From assembly GCA_046563655.1 (NCBI GenBank), contig CM102285.1, positions 13,826,001 through 13,890,000 on the forward strand: a DNA stretch of 64,000 bases, written 5' to 3'. This DNA comes from Yuukianura sp. NJ FZ-2021 (Eukaryota). Numbering within the stretch: the stretch's first letter is position 1; every line of letters starts with the position of its first letter. This document shows positions 59,416 through 64,000 of the stretch, one piece after another. The position numbers were made by a program, and so were the translations under genes. Below the pieces are notes generated by a model. The model saw nothing but the letters and a program-made list of their open reading frames with translations. It had not been told where the DNA came from and made no database searches.

Positions 59416-60766
59416 TCACTGAGACTTCGGCACCGAAGGCTCGATTTCGATATCTTTTTGATGAAGCAGTGGCATGTAGCCATAAATCTAATTAAAAATT
59501 CAAACTTTTAGATTTTTTGAAAAAGTGAGCAGAAATTGGCTGTAACCTGGTAAAACTGGTTGAGACAATCTGTACGTTCATGAAAGTGAGACGCTTGTCG
59601 CCAAAGTCCAGTGGAAGCACAGCCTTTACAGGAAATAAGTTCAGGATGTTCCAAAAAAATTGTGGGTTGGTGAATACGGTCTGCGACGAGAAAGTTCATC
59701 GCAATGTCTTCGCAATTCATCTTCTCATCAACGGTATTTCGAATCTCTTCGGGCATTTCGTAGGTATAAAGCTCCGAAAAACTGCGATGGACAAATGCAG
59801 ATCCTATTTCAACAATTTTTCAAAAAAATTACTCAAAACAACTTAAAAATATTAGAAAATTCGGAGTTAAAAACTTTACCTGTAAGAACGAGAGATGCGT
59901 AGCCTATTTTTGCGGGACCACTTGAATAGTACACCCATTTTCCAACTGAATTCGGATCTTCCGGATCTCTACTGTACTTGACACCGCGTCCGTGGAATCC
60001 AACAAGTCTATCGCGATTGTAGCGCCAAACTCTGTTAACCAACCATTTCAATTTGAATACCATTAACATTATCGTTTTTGAGAAATTTGTGTCTTACTGA
60101 AAAGCATTAAGTATCCGCTCTCTAACTACAAACACATCATCGTCTAAATGAAAAATTGCTTCGGTCTTCACGATACTCAGCGGCAGAAATCGATTGTTCA
60201 GTGAATTCGTCATGGTTGTCAACACCTAACAAAGAAAACACGATAAGCTCAATCAAGTTACATTCAATTAATAATCTAGCCCCAGCTTTACCCTAAGTTT
60301 GTAGCTGACAACTGGCCACTCAAGGGCCGGATTCGGTCCATCTAGTGACATGTTGTTCCAAATGACAATGACTTGATTCAGTTTCGGCAGCTTATCAAGA
60401 TGTTGAAGGAGTTTGAGCATTGATTCGTTTCTATTGTACGTCAGCACGACCACTGTAAACTCTTCGTTTTTGTCTAGCTTTGAACGATCATGAGTAAACT
60501 TGTAGCTTACATCAATTTTATCTTCGGGAACTACGAATGACTTCAAATCTTCCATGTAAGGTGTACCTGTAACAAAAATAGCAATTAACACATCGATATC
60601 CACCATTTTATGCTTGGGAACCATTTATTACATAAAACGTTTCAAACTTACTAGCATAACGTACATATCTTGCATAAAGAGAAGACAGGATAGGAGGACA
60701 TACGAAATACAGCAACAGAAAACCAATTAACACCTTCACTATTCTACATCTAATTGACCCCGTCAT
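59416..60766 (-). CDS. Short exostosin-like glycosyltransferase (GT64 domain only; EXTL2-like architecture, EXTL3-like sequence)
   Basis: N-terminal TM (VKVLIGFLLLYFVCPPIL), EEFTVVVLTYNR, LNQVIVIWNN, NSLNNRFLPL..TEAIFHLDDD, DRLVGFHGR, SLVLTG, MNCEDIAMNFLV, HFHERTDCLNQF..IYGYMPLL. No GT47 domain is present. Confidence 0.9.
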
Positions 60767-61522
60767 CTTCAAACGACTCTGATGTCAACGTTTGACAGTA
60801 GTGACCTTGACCTTCAATCTCAAAAACTCTTTCAAAGTTTTAGAAAAACTTTTTTGAAAAAGAAACTAAAACCTCCAAGATCCACAAAAAAAATGAAATG
60901 GAATTCCAAATTCGACATTCCAAAATCAGACTTTTCAAAAAATCAAAAAAGTTCCCGCGTTTTTGCGTGTTTGAGGGCAGAAAATAAATGGTTTCTCTTT
61001 TCCAGCGGGAAAATTGAAAATTTGAAAAACAGCGGCAAAGAACAACGAATTTCATAACTTTCTCCTTGCTTCTTTTCTTTTTAATATTTAGTATCTTTAT
61101 TATTTATTTTAATTATTCTTATTATATTAATTAATTGATGGACCAGAATAAATGACGTTCCTTTCCATTTCATAGCTAAGCTAAACCAACATTAAACACT
61201 AAAACAACTTAAATTGAAAAAAGTCTTTTGTTTCATAACATTTTTGAAAAATCCAGACGCGGTTGAATTCCAACACAAACAGCGCAAGGTTAGGCCAGTT
61301 TAAAAAGGTCAAAAGGTCACAACAAATTGTTTCCTCTGTGAATTCGGGGTGAAAGTAAGTAATGGGAAGTGGTGAGCAGAGAAATTGCGATCTCATCACT
61401 TTGAAATGTTTGTAAATGGGGATAAGGAAGAAAAAGAGAGGTTGAGGGATGGCTGACGCTGAGGGTTTGGAATCAAATAAAGGTGAAAGTAATAAAATTC
61501 TAGGAAGTTTGATGCTCTTTTA

Positions 61523-63471
61523 GTGAAAGTGGAAGTGATGGTATTATTGAAGGAGTTGGACTCATGTAAGCATCCATTCCATCCTCCAAAGGCAGAGCTT
61601 GCGCTGAGTCTACCCATTATTTCCGTGTTTTTTTTTCGGTTTTTTTCATCTATCCGGGTAGTATCCAGAATTGCCAGGATGGGTTGGCAGAAGAGAGGCA
61701 CTTGTCAGGGTAAGTCGACGAAGAGAGAGGGGAAAGTGGCGGAGAAAGTCCATGGATCTTTCAGTTTGGTTTTGGACTTTCTCCAGGTCTTTTCACGTCG
61801 CCACTTTCACAGTTCCTGCCAAAACTTTCCGACAGTTTAGCTTTAATTGACGACGTAACTTGGACAAGGACACAAGGTCAGAGGTCAAGCAGGAGCTAAA
61901 CTGTTGCTAGATTCTAACGCAAAATCACTCCGGAACTGGAAATTGATTGAAAACGCTGCTAGTGCTGTTTGAATTTGACAAGAACTTGAGCAGCCTATTG
62001 AAACTTCGGTTTTTTCTCCGCAGTGCAGCAGGTGAGCCGGCTCTTACTCGGAACCGAAATTCGGAAACTGCGGAAGATCTTTTCAAACCGAGAGGTAATT
62101 GAAGTTAATTTATACTCCATTTAAAATTTACTAAGTTTTAGTTAGCTATACTCCTAAATATCTCCAGTTTCAGTCGGCTTTATTGGTCTTGCGAAATCAG
62201 TACTATGTAAAGAATTTAGGAAATTCGCCAAAAATGGGTGCAGATTTTTTGAATTTCAATTTGGATTAAATTTAACACTGCACTGGGCTGAAATAGTATG
62301 CATGGGAGTAGGTGCAGCTTAATTAATCAACTTCCTAATTAACATCAATTAGTTTTTAAGGGAGAGAATTCAGTAGAAACGAAATCCGCATGAGAGTAGT
62401 GTGGCAAGCAGAGTTGAATTTTAGAGCGACAAAAAGAATTCGCCCTTCGATGTTTATTTTTTGAGTTTGCACAGCTGAAGCATCAAAGCTTTGAAAAAAA
62501 AGTTAACAAAACAGTAAACAAGGCATAATCAACTAATTTTATCCAATCATTGACGTTAACTTAATTACTTTACATTCAATTAGTTTAGTTAACTAGCTAG
62601 TTACTAGTGAGACGAACTGCTGATCACTGCTGACTAAAGTGTGCCTTTGGAATTTCGTCCAACCAACGTTCCCTTTGGTATGTAATTCTTCACTTTTTAT
62701 TTATTGCGTGGCATGGGACTATAATACAGACTTTACTTGGACTTTAATTAATTTGACCTCGTAAGGTCACTAACTTACAACATCCTTACCGTGAGGAGTG
62801 TTTGGATTACTAATTAGTACCTTCTTGCTCTTAAGTTGATCCACGGAATGTGTTAGGTTGCTCATCATCCCTCACATGTTCTGTTTCAAAACAAGTTTAA
62901 CGTATGAGTGTATGGGCGGTCTTGAGCAGAGATCGGATAAATCTAAAAATAGAAAGTGCAGATCACCCTTCTAGTGTTTATACTAAAGGGAGAATGGGTT
63001 TTTATTAGTTGATTCTTTAGGCTCTTAAGTCATTCATTCCTGCATTGTTTATTCTAGTAGGCTTTCTGGAGTAAGCAGTGAAACATCTAATGGGCTCAAG
63101 GAAAAGTCAGCTTTCTACGATCCATTAGTTCTCGTAGACGACACACAACCAAGATAAGAGTGACAACAGATTGACATTGACGGAACGCGGCTTCTGGCAC
63201 CCTGCCAAGCGCCTAGGCTTGTCAGTAATTAGACGGCGTATTGTGAAAAAAAAACAACCAAGGCGACTGTTTTTAAGCAGGCATTACCTAAGTGGATCTT
63301 ATAAAGCTAAATTGTGAATCTGAAAGTGATATATCACACATTACGAAAAGGGCTGTGGCGACAGAAGTTGCGGTTGGTTGATTTATGCATTGAGATTTTT
63401 ATTTTGTACAATTTAACAGGAACTACGGTGATACATCTTGGTACTGCACTGCTGCTGCCATTGGTCGCTAA
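61523..63471 (+). other. Probable non-coding 5' exons of an unidentified + strand gene
   Basis: Strong donors GTAAGT at 61355 and 61710, a paired acceptor/donor at 62011-62037, and an exon-like segment 63420-63471. No convincing ORF. Boundaries are approximate. Confidence 0.3.
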
Positions 63472-63839
63472 GTAATTTGGAATTCTATCAGCACCAGCAC
63501 CTTAGTACGATTTGAAAGCACAAAGAAATGAATGCTCATGGGCAGAAATAAATCCTGAAGCCAACTATCGTCACGTCTCTTTTTACGCCAACGATTGAAT
63601 CAATGAAGAACAGCCAGCAGTGAAGTAAAGTGTGTGGACGGAACCTTTTCTTCCTGTGTCTTCCCACTTCACCTCCAACCACTTAATTCTACAAGATTAA
63701 CGGACCTAATTCGTCTCTGCTCGGCGCACCGCCGCTTTCACTTTCATGTTATACTCTTGTGTTGAAATATTGATGACATTCAGCAACTACCACCACCGCA
63801 ACTCATGAATTGTTCCGTTCGTTTTAGCTCAAAACTTAC

Positions 63840-63970
63840 CAACAGCACAGCAGCACATCTAGCTCAACCAACATCAATTCAACCAGCACTTCTAACTCAA
63901 CCAACATCATCTCAAGCAGCACATCCAGTTCAACCAGCACCAGCACATCCAGCACAACTCGCCAGCATCA
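63840..63970. repeat. Low-complexity CAGCAC/CAACCA-type degenerate repeat
   Basis: Repeated tcaaccaacatc, tcaaccagcac and cagcacatcc units. It reads as Ser/Thr-rich or QPxx in different frames; coding status is unknown. Confidence 0.5.
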
Positions 63971-64000
63971 GAATCGTTGAGAAGTGAAGTGTACGTGTCG

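Noticed and set aside
61396..61840. Overlapping 101-aa (-) and 105-aa (+) ORFs
   Set aside because: Non-ATG starts, no recognisable domain and no consistent exon chain.

Overview
This is gene-dense, AT-rich eukaryotic (invertebrate animal, probably arthropod) nuclear DNA with mostly short (about 55-100 nt) GT-AG introns. I saw no CRISPR array, rRNA, tRNA or autonomous transposon. By splicing exons by eye I recovered 11 protein-coding genes, in order: an LDLR class A repeat protein (5' part, -), a CHST-type carbohydrate sulfotransferase (-), a CFAP95/C9orf135-like ciliary protein (+), HADHA (-), a DLK/LZK/wallenda MAP3K (-), METTL17 (-), eIF1 (+), LARP4 (+), CARMIL (+), DNAAF4/DYX1C1 (-) and a short GT64-only EXTL-like glycosyltransferase (-). 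Probable non-coding 5' exons of another + strand gene lie at the right end. The strongest unexplained signal is six perfect AGGTCAAAGGTCA (DR1) nuclear-receptor elements within 2.1 kb over the sulfotransferase, two of them overlapping coding sequence. Other signals: a palindromic MITE-like insertion in eIF1 intron 2, the poor-context autoregulatory eIF1 start codon, 6-nt and 21-nt microexons, a candidate tail-anchored DNAAF4 isoform, intron-containing spacers between tandem genes, and a G-U-rich intronic hairpin. All homology calls come from recognised motifs, not database searches.
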